Source of the DNA: Bacilli bacterium
GTDB lineage: Bacteria > Bacillota_I > Bacilli_A > RFN20 > CAG-826
DNA: 64,000 nt
Assembly: GCA_024409055.1 (NCBI GenBank)
Contig: JAKSUL010000003.1
Span: forward strand, 16,829-80,828
Reading direction: 5' to 3'
Numbering within the stretch: the first letter of the stretch is position 1; the number at the start of each line of letters is the position of its first letter. The position numbers and the translations under genes were made by a program. The notes below the pieces were generated by a model. That model saw nothing but the letters and a program-made list of their open reading frames with translations, was not told where the DNA came from and did not search any database. Positions 45,768 to 53,811 of the stretch are shown here, in pieces.

Positions 45768-47066
45768 ATGATTGCACTAATACAAGCCGGCGGCGCCGGT
45801 ACGCGTTTAAAACAAATAACCGGGGACCTCCCAAAACCGATGGTGCCTATTAACGGCAAACCGATACTGGAATGGCAGATTGAGAATCTAAAAGCCTTTG
45901 GCTTTGATAGAGTAATTTTGATTGTTTCTTATAAAACAACCGCCGTCCAAGATTATTTTGGCGACGGATCGAAATGGGGACTCAAAATCGAATACATAGT
46001 CGAATCTACGCCGCTCGGAACCGGAGGCGCTTTGTCTTTAGCGGCCAATATGTTCGACGAAGATTTCGCTCTCCTTTTCGGCGATTTGATGATCGACATC
46101 GATTGGAATAGATTCGTTTCATTTTTCAAAGAAAAAGAAGCGATGATCGCCGCTTTCGCGCACCCAAATGGGCACCCATATGATTCGGATGTTTTGGTTA
46201 GCGACATTAACGACAAGCTCATCGGTATCTTAAGCAAAAAGGAGCCGCGTAATTTCTTCTATAAAAATTTAACAAACGCCGGCTTATACATCGTTTCGAA
46301 GGAAATCCTTGAAACATTCCGTGATACCGAACCGGAAAAAATCGACTTCGAAAAAGAAGTTTTGGCCCCAACGGTTGCCTTGGGCGGAGCTTATGCATAT
46401 CGCTCCAGCGAATACGTCAAAGACTGCGGAACGCCGGATCGCTACGAATCGGTTACGGCCGACTGCAAAAACGGCGTCATCGCCGCCAAAAACCTCGCCA
46501 AAAAGCAGAAATGCATCTTCTTGGATAGAGATGGCGTCATTAACCGTTTTGGCAATTTCGTCAGAAAGCCAGAAGAGCTCTTCTTGATGGAGGGGGCCGC
46601 CAAAGCAATAAAACGCATCAATGAATCCTCTTATCTTGCTATATGTGTCACCAATCAGCCAATAATTGCAAGGGGAGAGGCTACCCTAGAAACCCTAGAA
46701 GACATCCATAACAAAATGGAAGACCTCCTCGGAAACGAGGGCGCTTACCTAAACGACTTGTTCTTCTGTCCGCACCATCCCGATAAAGGATTTCCAGGCG
46801 AAAGGCCTGAATACAAGATCGATTGCGATTGTCGAAAGCCGAAGACCGGAATGTTTAAAAAAGCTCAGGCCAAATACAACATCGACTTCACGGAATCTTG
46901 GATGATCGGAGATACTTGCCAAGACGTTCAAGCCGGCATCAACGCCGGTTGCAAAACCTGCTTAGTCACATCCGGTGACCCTAATCCTTATAAGAAATAT
47001 GGAGATGTTAAACCGGATTTGGTCTGCAAGGATTTAGAAGAAGCAATTTCCAAGATTCTTGGATAA
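45768..47066 (+). CDS. Fusion of a heptose-1-phosphate nucleotidyltransferase (HddC-like) with a D,D-heptose 1,7-bisphosphate phosphatase (GmhB-like HAD)
   Basis: The N-terminus is LIQAGGAGTRLKQITGDLPKPMVPINGKPIL. The C-terminal HAD motifs are FLDRDGVIN, CVTNQP, CPHHPD, CDCRKPKTGMF and GDTCQDVQAG. Confidence 0.75.
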   Translation: MIALIQAGGAGTRLKQITGDLPKPMVPINGKPILEWQIENLKAFGFDRVILIVSYKTTAVQDYFGDGSKWGLKIEYIVESTPLGTGGALSLAANMFDEDFALLFGDLMIDIDWNRFVSFFKEKEAMIAAFAHPNGHPYDSDVLVSDINDKLIGILSKKEPRNFFYKNLTNAGLYIVSKEILETFRDTEPEKIDFEKEVLAPTVALGGAYAYRSSEYVKDCGTPDRYESVTADCKNGVIAAKNLAKKQKCIFLDRDGVINRFGNFVRKPEELFLMEGAAKAIKRINESSYLAICVTNQPIIARGEATLETLEDIHNKMEDLLGNEGAYLNDLFFCPHHPDKGFPGERPEYKIDCDCRKPKTGMFKKAQAKYNIDFTESWMIGDTCQDVQAGINAGCKTCLVTSGDPNPYKKYGDVKPDLVCKDLEEAISKILG

Positions 47067-47102
47067 ATATCATCTATCATTATCGCGACAAGGAGAAAAC
47101 CT

Positions 47103-47687
47103 ATGGACTTCAAAAACAGCATTAAGGATTACTACAAGAGAGAAAAAGAAGCGATCGACCTCATGAACGTCGACGAGATAAACGAGGCCATGAACCTCAT
47201 GCTCGGCGCCTACGAAAAAGGGGCCACCGTCTTCACGATGGGCAACGGCGGAAGCTCCGCGACCGCCAGCCACATGGTCTGCGATTTCATGAAGGGCACC
47301 TGCTACGACGCCGAGAAGAAATTCCGCATGGTGTGTCTTAACGACAACATGGCCACGATCATGGCCATGGGCAACGACATCGGCTTCGACCAGGTCTTCG
47401 CTTATCAGATGAAGGCTCTTGCAAAGCCAGGCGACATAGTCGTCGCCATCTCCGGTTCCGGCAACTCCAAAAACGTCATCAACGCCTGCGAAGTCGCTAA
47501 AGAAAAAGGCGTCAAAATCATCGGAATGACGGGATTCGGTGGCGGAAAATTGCACACCATGTCCGACGCCCACATCCATCTTCCGGTCGACGATATGCAG
47601 TTAGCGGAAGACGCCCACATGATCGCCATCCACATGATGATGCAGATCTTCATGAATTACTTTGGCTCCACCTGCGGACATTGCTAA
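47103..47687 (+). CDS. gmhA: Sedoheptulose 7-phosphate isomerase (SIS domain)
   Basis: Motifs GNGGSSATASHMVCDF and VAISGSGNSKNVINACEVAKEKGVKIIGMTGFGGGKL. Confidence 0.75.
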   Translation: MDFKNSIKDYYKREKEAIDLMNVDEINEAMNLMLGAYEKGATVFTMGNGGSSATASHMVCDFMKGTCYDAEKKFRMVCLNDNMATIMAMGNDIGFDQVFAYQMKALAKPGDIVVAISGSGNSKNVINACEVAKEKGVKIIGMTGFGGGKLHTMSDAHIHLPVDDMQLAEDAHMIAIHMMMQIFMNYFGSTCGHC

Positions 47688-47743
47688 TAACCATATATAA
47701 ATAAGCGGTGGGCGTTTGTAACAACCACTCAAACTAAAAAAAT

Positions 47744-47780
47744 AAGCCTCAAACATTAGATTTGGGGCTTTTTCTTCTTC
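47744..47780 (+). terminator. Intrinsic terminator after gmhA
   Basis: aagcctcaaa (47744-47753) pairs with tttggggctt (47761-47770), with one G-U. It is followed by TTTTCTTCTTC. Confidence 0.6.
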
Positions 47781-47818
47781 AAAGAAACCTCGTATTTGTG
47801 GTAACATTGACCCGTCAG

Positions 47819-47840
47819 GCGTTTTGACTATGTCAAACGC
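47819..47840 (+). promoter_or_regulatory. Inverted repeat just upstream of the ppdK RBS
   Basis: GCGTTTTGAC-TAT-GTCAAACGC, flanked by direct repeats TAACATTG (47802-47809 and 47845-47852). RBS AGGAGG lies at 47857-47862. Confidence 0.3.
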
Positions 47841-47867
47841 TTCTAACATTGTCATTAGGAGGACAAT

Positions 47868-50522
47868 ATGGCAGAAAAGAAATACGTCTACTCCTTCAAG
47901 GAAGCCACCGCCGCTAAGCTCGGCAAGGACATCCTTGGTGGAAAGGGCGCAGGTCTCGCTGAAATGACCAAAGCCGGCATCAACATCCCGCCGGGATTCA
48001 CCGTCACCACAGAAGCCTGCACTCTCTACTACGATTCCGGCAAAGCTATTCCGGATTTCGTTTGGGATGACATCGTCGCCCACATTCACCAGGTCGAAAA
48101 AGATGTAAACAAAGAATTCGGTGGAAAGAACCCGCTTCTTGTTTCCGTTCGTTCCGGTGCTAGGCAGTCCATGCCTGGTATGATGGATACCATCCTCAAC
48201 CTCGGTCTTAACGACGAGACCGTCAAAAACATCGCTATCGCTAGCGGCAACGAAAGGTTCGCTTATGACTCCTTCCGTCGCTTCATCTTGATGTATACCA
48301 ACATCGCCAAAGGCCACCCAAGGACCGAAATGGATAAGATGCTTGACCAGATCAAAGAAGAAAATGGTTACAAGCTCGACACCGAAGTCACCACTGAGCA
48401 GCTCAAGGGCCTCGTTGCCAAGTACAAAGAGTACTACAAGAACGTCTTCGGCGAGGAATTCCCGACCGATCCGTACGTCCAGCTCAAAGAGGCCGTCGCC
48501 GCCGTCTTCCGTAGCTGGGACAACCCACGCGCCAACGTCTACCGTCAGATGAACGGAATCCCATATGAATGGGGAACCGCCGTCAACGTTCAGACCATGG
48601 TCTTCGGTAACATGGGTGAAGATTGCGGCACTGGTGTCGCTTTCTCCCGTAACCCATCTACCGGTGAAAAGAAGATCTACGCCGAGTTCTTACCGAACGC
48701 CCAGGGCGAAGACGTCGTTGCTGGCGTCCGCACCCCGCTTCACATCGAAGAACTCGAAGCTCGTATGCCTGATGTCTACAAACAGTTCATGGAAACCATC
48801 ACCTCCATGGAACAGTACTTCAGGGATATGCAGGATATGGAGTACACCATCGAACACGGTAAGCTCTACTTCCTCCAGACCCGTAATGGTAAGAGGACCG
48901 CTCGCGCCGCTCTTAAGATCGCCTGCGACCTCGTTGACGAAGGCTTAATCGACGAGAAGGAAGCCTGCATGCGCGTTGAACCGAAGCAGCTCAACGACTT
49001 GCTCCACCCGACCTTCGACGCCGCCGACCTCAAGAAACACACCCCGATCGTCACCGGTCTCCCGGCTTCCCCGGGTGCTGGAACTGGCTACATCGTCTTC
49101 ACTGCCGAAGAAGCCAAAGAAAAACACGATAAGGGAATCAAAGTCATTCTCTGCCGTACCGAAACCTCTCCTGAAGACATCATCGGTATGGTCAACGCCG
49201 AAGCTATCATCACCAGCCGTGGTGGTATGACTTCCCACGCCGCTGTCGTCGCCCGTGCCATGGGCCGCTGCTGCACCGCCGGTTGCGGAGGCGCTCACAT
49301 CGATGAAGAAAAGCGCACCGTCACCATCAATGGCAAGGTTTACACCGACAAAGATATCCTCTCCGTCAACGGTAACACCGGTGATGTCTACGAGGGTTCC
49401 ATCAAGATGATCGACGCCGACCTCGGCGGAGACTTCGGCCGTATGATGGACTGGGCCGACAAATATCGTCGCCTCAAGATCCGCGCCAACTGCAACACCC
49501 CGCTCGATGCCGACAATGCTCACAAGTTCGGCGCTGAAGGTATCGGCCTCTGCCGTACCGAGCGTATGTTCTTCGCCGAAGATCGTATCCTCAACATGAG
49601 GTCCATGATCCTCTCCGATACCCTTGAACAGCGCGTCGCCGCCCTCGAACGCATCCGTCCGTATCAGGTCGATGACTTCTACAAGATGTACATGTCCTCT
49701 CCGAAGGATCTCGTCTGCATCCGTCTCCTCGATCCGCCGCTCCACGAATTCCTCCCGACCATCTACGAAACCGAGAAGATCGCCGAAATCGCTGAGAAAC
49801 TTGGCGTCACCGTCGAGAAGGTCAAAGAAAAGATCATCTCCGTCGAACAAGCCAACCCGATGATGGGCTTCCGTGGAGTCCGTCTCTGCGTCGCCTATCC
49901 GGAAATCTACCGTATGCAGGCTTCCGCCATCATCCAGGCTGCCTTGAAGGCCAGCAAGGATCTCGGCAAGGACGTCGAACCGGAAATCATGATCCCGCTC
50001 TGTGGCGAACTCAAAGAGTTCAAGTGGGCCAAAGACACTGTTGTCAAAGCCGTTGAAGAAGAAATGGCCAAACAGGGTAAGAAACTCAAATACCACGTTG
50101 GTACCATGATCGAAATCCCAAGGGCCTGCTTACAGGCTGGCAACATTGCCAAAGAAGCTGAATTCTTCTCCTTCGGAACCAATGACTTGACCCAGCTCAC
50201 CATGGGCTTCTCCCGTGATGACTCCGGCCAGTTCCTCCCGAACTACTACGAGAGAAAGATCTACGAATTCGATCCGTTCCAGACTGTTGACCAGGCTGGC
50301 GTCGGCGAACTCGTCAAGATCGCTGTTGAGCGTGGACGTGCCACCCGTCCGGACATCACCGTTGGTGTCTGCGGCGAAACTGGCGGCGATCCGGCTTCCA
50401 TCATGTTCTATGATCGCGTCGGACTCGACTATGTCTCCTGCTCTCCGTTCCGTGTCCCGCTTGCCCGTCTTGCTGCCGCTCAGGCCGCTATCGCCCGCGA
50501 GCGTGAAGCCGCTAAGAAATAA
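47868..50522 (+). CDS. ppdK: Pyruvate, phosphate dikinase
   Basis: 884 aa. The phosphohistidine region GGMTSHAAVVARAMG is present, and N-terminal (GGKGAGLAEM) and C-terminal PEP-utilising domains are conserved throughout. C-ending codon bias is strong. Confidence 0.95.
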   Translation: MAEKKYVYSFKEATAAKLGKDILGGKGAGLAEMTKAGINIPPGFTVTTEACTLYYDSGKAIPDFVWDDIVAHIHQVEKDVNKEFGGKNPLLVSVRSGARQSMPGMMDTILNLGLNDETVKNIAIASGNERFAYDSFRRFILMYTNIAKGHPRTEMDKMLDQIKEENGYKLDTEVTTEQLKGLVAKYKEYYKNVFGEEFPTDPYVQLKEAVAAVFRSWDNPRANVYRQMNGIPYEWGTAVNVQTMVFGNMGEDCGTGVAFSRNPSTGEKKIYAEFLPNAQGEDVVAGVRTPLHIEELEARMPDVYKQFMETITSMEQYFRDMQDMEYTIEHGKLYFLQTRNGKRTARAALKIACDLVDEGLIDEKEACMRVEPKQLNDLLHPTFDAADLKKHTPIVTGLPASPGAGTGYIVFTAEEAKEKHDKGIKVILCRTETSPEDIIGMVNAEAIITSRGGMTSHAAVVARAMGRCCTAGCGGAHIDEEKRTVTINGKVYTDKDILSVNGNTGDVYEGSIKMIDADLGGDFGRMMDWADKYRRLKIRANCNTPLDADNAHKFGAEGIGLCRTERMFFAEDRILNMRSMILSDTLEQRVAALERIRPYQVDDFYKMYMSSPKDLVCIRLLDPPLHEFLPTIYETEKIAEIAEKLGVTVEKVKEKIISVEQANPMMGFRGVRLCVAYPEIYRMQASAIIQAALKASKDLGKDVEPEIMIPLCGELKEFKWAKDTVVKAVEEEMAKQGKKLKYHVGTMIEIPRACLQAGNIAKEAEFFSFGTNDLTQLTMGFSRDDSGQFLPNYYERKIYEFDPFQTVDQAGVGELVKIAVERGRATRPDITVGVCGETGGDPASIMFYDRVGLDYVSCSPFRVPLARLAAAQAAIAREREAAKK

Positions 50523-50546
50523 CTCTTAGCCTAGCTAAACACAAAA

Positions 50547-50578
50547 AGCACATCCTTCGGGGTGTGCTTTTCTTTTTA
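50547..50578 (+). terminator. Intrinsic terminator after ppdK
   Basis: A 9-bp stem agcacatcc/gggtgtgct with a UUCG tetraloop, followed by TTTTCTTTTTATT. Confidence 0.8.
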
Positions 50579-50591
50579 TTTAATGAACAAA

Positions 50592-50623
50592 AGCAAAAAG
50601 AAAACCCTTGGTTTCCCAAGGGT
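50592..50623 (-). terminator. Intrinsic terminator after the glmU-like gene
   Basis: acccttgg-tttc-ccaagggt (50604-50623). The minus-strand reading is followed by TTTTCTTTTTG. Confidence 0.7.
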
Positions 50624-50631
50624 GATTTTTG

Positions 50632-51591
50632 TTATTTCTTGATGACTTCGTTAGGTCCGACGACCGCGCCGTCTTCGAGAACGACATTTTCTAGATAAGC
50701 GTTGGGGCCGATCACACAGCCTTTTCCGATTTTGGAATTGCCATAGATATGGGTTCCCGGTTTTATGACTGTGTCTTGTCCAATCGTAGTATCTGGAGCG
50801 ATGTATGTGCAGGTTTCATCTTCGATGGAAACGCCGGCGAGCATATATCTCTTATTTAATCTATGTTGCATCATCTTAGCAGCCTTTCCTAATTGATATC
50901 TATCGTTGATTCCCATGGTCTCTTCGATTTTGCTAAGAGCGAATGTCGAGACTTTAAGTCCGTCTTCAACAAACATGGCGATAACATCAGTTAAGTAATA
51001 CTCGCCTTGGGCATTATTTGGGGTGAGTTTCTTCAAATCCTTGAAGAGTTCCCTGTTATCAAAGACGTAAACGCCTGAATTGATCTCTTTGATGAGGTCT
51101 TGCTCTTTGGTGCAATCTTTTTGTTCAACGATACGAGTGACACGATTTCCTTCTTTAACGATTCTTCCATATCCGTGCGGGTCATCGACGACGGCAGTAA
51201 GAATGGTGAGGGCGTTTCCGTTTGTCTCATGGCTAGAAAGGAGAGCTTCCAAAGTCTTGGCTTTTAGAAGAGGGGTATCGCCACAGCAAATAATGGTTAA
51301 TCCATCTTTGTTTTCAAGAAGGGGAGCGGCCTGCATAACGGCGTGGCCAGTTCCTTTTTGCTCTTTTTGCCAAACGACTTTCGAATCGTTTTCGACAATC
51401 TTCTTGGTGGTTTCTCCTCCGAATCCGACGATGGTGATAAGTTCTTCTAAGCCAAGAGGCTTAAGAGCATCGACCACGTATTTGACTAAGGGTTTTCCTA
51501 AGATCGGAAAGGAAACTTTAGAGACGTCTTCACGAAGACTTTTCATCCTCGTTCCTTTTCCGGCGGCCAATACGATTGCGTATCTGTTCAT
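50632..51591 (-). CDS. GlmU-like sugar-1-phosphate nucleotidyltransferase lacking most of the acetyltransferase (left-handed beta-helix) domain
   Basis: MNRYAIVLAAGKGTRMKS...GTGHAV...CCGDTPLL...NAQGEYYLTDV aligns along the GlmU N-terminal domain. The protein ends after ~70 aa of hexapeptide repeats (319 aa, against ~450 aa as I recall for GlmU). Confidence 0.7.
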   Translation of the reverse strand: MNRYAIVLAAGKGTRMKSLREDVSKVSFPILGKPLVKYVVDALKPLGLEELITIVGFGGETTKKIVENDSKVVWQKEQKGTGHAVMQAAPLLENKDGLTIICCGDTPLLKAKTLEALLSSHETNGNALTILTAVVDDPHGYGRIVKEGNRVTRIVEQKDCTKEQDLIKEINSGVYVFDNRELFKDLKKLTPNNAQGEYYLTDVIAMFVEDGLKVSTFALSKIEETMGINDRYQLGKAAKMMQHRLNKRYMLAGVSIEDETCTYIAPDTTIGQDTVIKPGTHIYGNSKIGKGCVIGPNAYLENVVLEDGAVVGPNEVIKK

Positions 51592-51609
51592 GGTATTTCT
51601 CCTTATAAG

Positions 51610-52458
51610 TTATTTGATAACTTTGGCTAAACGGACAATGTAATTCTTCTTTTCCATCTTTAGCGAGATCAATTTAAGTTTCCAGAAATTGTCGCTTAAG
51701 GCAAAACAAGAGGAGCCAGAGCCCGACATGGCCACGATTTTTAAGCCTTCTTTGCGAAGTTCATTCAAGATAACGTCGATTTCCGGGACTTGTTTAGCGG
51801 CGGCCGGATATAAGTCGTTGCCCATAGAGGCAGCGATCAAATCGTCATCGCCTTTAGCTAAGCCCTCGATAACCCCTTCGACGTTGATGTTAAATTTATC
51901 GAACGAGTCGCTGGATTCATAAATTTCTTTGGTCGAACATCCATCAACGGGTTTAACGACCAAGGCGTAATAATTCTTTTTGACCGGTATTTCTTTGACG
52001 ATTTCGCCAATTCCTTCGACAAGGGCCGGCTTAAGGGTAAAGAAATACGGGACGTCCGCGCCGAGCTTAACGCTTAAAGCGGCGAGTTCCTCGTTGGTGG
52101 CCGGCAATTTCAAGATATCGCGAATCGCCATCATGACAATCGCGGCGTTGCTCGATCCTCCGCCTAAACCAGCGGCGAAGGGAATATTTTTGTGAATGCG
52201 AATATTAAAGGTTTCTTTAAAACCGTATGTTTGCTGCATGAGTTTAAAAGCCTTCATGCAGAGGTTTTCCTTGAGGGAAGAAAGACCTACGTCATCGCAG
52301 GTGACGTAGCTACCTTGGTTTCCGCCGGTTTTTTCGATCTCAACCGAATCATGAAGTTCGAGGGGAAGATCCACCATGCGGAGAAGGTGATATCCGTCAT
52401 CTCTTTTACCAACGACGGAGAGGGTGAGGTTAATCTTTGAAAAAGATTTGATAATCAT
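51610..52458 (-). CDS. ispE: 4-diphosphocytidyl-2-C-methyl-D-erythritol kinase
   Basis: KINLTLSVVGKRDDGYHLLRMV and the GHMP motif PFAAGLGGGSSNAA. Confidence 0.85.
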   Translation of the reverse strand: MIIKSFSKINLTLSVVGKRDDGYHLLRMVDLPLELHDSVEIEKTGGNQGSYVTCDDVGLSSLKENLCMKAFKLMQQTYGFKETFNIRIHKNIPFAAGLGGGSSNAAIVMMAIRDILKLPATNEELAALSVKLGADVPYFFTLKPALVEGIGEIVKEIPVKKNYYALVVKPVDGCSTKEIYESSDSFDKFNINVEGVIEGLAKGDDDLIAASMGNDLYPAAAKQVPEIDVILNELRKEGLKIVAMSGSGSSCFALSDNFWKLKLISLKMEKKNYIVRLAKVIK

Positions 52459-52474
52459 ATGCTCAACAATAATA

Positions 52475-53284
52475 CTACAAACTTTCGAGCGCGTTTAGGA
52501 GCGACATGTAATGCTCGGCATTTAATTGCTCCGGCCTGGCGTTTACCGGTATTCCGGCAACCTCTAACGCTTTCGCGGCTTTATCGCCATCTTTTAGCAT
52601 CGATTTAAGGTTGTTGTAGATGGTTTTTCTTCTAAAAAGGAACATCTTTTGCATCAAACGGTATAAATCGATCATTTTTTCTCCACGTTTATTCTCATCG
52701 AAATCCAATCCGATTACGGTTGAGTCGACATGCGGGGCCGGGGCAAAGCAATCACGAGATACATTGAAAAGTTTTTTGGCTTTGCTCACATAAGACAAAA
52801 GAATCGTAAGAGGGGAATAATCGTCGCTGCCTTGTTTAGCAAGAAGGCGGTCAGCGGCTTCCTTTTGGACCATAAAGACGGCACGTCTACATTTATTAGC
52901 TTTCAAAAGAACCTCTTCAACGATGCCCGAGGTGATGTAATAGGGGAGGTTTCCAATTATTAAATCGTAAGATGAATAATCGTACTTCATCGCATTTCCC
53001 CATTTAACCGTGAGGTTGGAAACGCCTTCGAAATCGTTTTGGAGTTTGGTTATTAAACCTTCATCGATATCAATCGATTCGATCTGAGCTCCGCTTTTTT
53101 GAAGAAAATACGTTAGTGATCCGGCTCCTGAGCCAATCTCCAAAACCTTATCCTTCTCTTCAATCAAAAGGCTATCCACGATGCGCTTGGCCGAATTGGG
53201 ATCAATGAGGAAATTTTGCCCAACTTCTTTTTTCGCCATGAGTTTGTAGCTCATGACTCCTTCGAAATATTTCTTATCGTCCAT
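52475..53284 (-). CDS. rsmA: 16S rRNA (adenine1518/1519-N6)-dimethyltransferase
   Basis: GQNFLID and the SAM motif LEIGSGAGSLT. The start may lie a few codons downstream of 53284. Confidence 0.9.
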   Translation of the reverse strand: MDDKKYFEGVMSYKLMAKKEVGQNFLIDPNSAKRIVDSLLIEEKDKVLEIGSGAGSLTYFLQKSGAQIESIDIDEGLITKLQNDFEGVSNLTVKWGNAMKYDYSSYDLIIGNLPYYITSGIVEEVLLKANKCRRAVFMVQKEAADRLLAKQGSDDYSPLTILLSYVSKAKKLFNVSRDCFAPAPHVDSTVIGLDFDENKRGEKMIDLYRLMQKMFLFRRKTIYNNLKSMLKDGDKAAKALEVAGIPVNARPEQLNAEHYMSLLNALESL

Positions 53285-53810
53285 CGAGAACCCCTTTCAA
53301 TTCATCCTTTGTTATCGCAAGAGCGTTCAATCTTTTTAGTAACGTCTTCGCGTTTGTGTGTCCGACATGAAGTTTATATTCCAAAATTTTTCTTTTGGTG
53401 GAAGATTCATCTCCGCCCATCAAACCCAACTCATTCAGATCAGACATCGTTAGGTTTCCAAAATCATATTTTTTAGATGGGACCAAATGGCTTAAGGCCG
53501 ACAATATTTCTTCTTTTGTACTTTCCGCTACACCCACCTTATGTTTTTTGATGGATACTTCTTTTCTGACAAAAGCATGCTGAAGATTGGGAATTTCCTT
53601 ATCCAATACATCCCTAATCCTTTTGCCTGGCGAATCTGGGTCGGTCAAAACTACGATATCCCTAGTTTTTGAAGCCACCTTTAGGTATTCGATGACATCC
53701 TTAGGAACGGCGGAACCGTTTGTTTTGACGATATCGGCATCAAGAAAAGAAGAGATGAGCGCTTCATCCGTATTTCCTTCAACAACGATGATGGCCGGAT
53801 ACTTTTCCAT
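53274..53810 (-). CDS. rnmV: Ribonuclease M5 (Toprim domain)
   Basis: IIVVEGNTDEALI and VLTDPDSPGKRIR. The yabF-ksgA synteny matches Bacillus. Confidence 0.85.
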   Translation of the reverse strand: MEKYPAIIVVEGNTDEALISSFLDADIVKTNGSAVPKDVIEYLKVASKTRDIVVLTDPDSPGKRIRDVLDKEIPNLQHAFVRKEVSIKKHKVGVAESTKEEILSALSHLVPSKKYDFGNLTMSDLNELGLMGGDESSTKRKILEYKLHVGHTNAKTLLKRLNALAITKDELKGVLDGR

Positions 53811-53811
53811 A

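Noticed and set aside
47830-47850. Catabolite-responsive element (cre) upstream of ppdK
   Set aside because: TGTCAAACGCTTCT places the central CG one position off the cre consensus TGWNANCGNTNWCA, so it is not a convincing CcpA site.
47070-48317. 169-aa and 238-aa minus-strand ORFs (47070-47579 and 47601-48317) antisense to gmhA and the start of ppdK
   Set aside because: The same shadow-ORF effect applies. The plus-strand genes carry clear SIS and PPDK motifs, and the antisense products have none.
48945-50096. 383-aa ORF antisense to ppdK
   Set aside because: It lies entirely inside the strongly supported ppdK gene. Its translation is low-complexity (D/G/V/E/F/H-rich) with no RBS or recognisable motif. 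It is explained by the codon bias of ppdK removing stop codons on the opposite strand.
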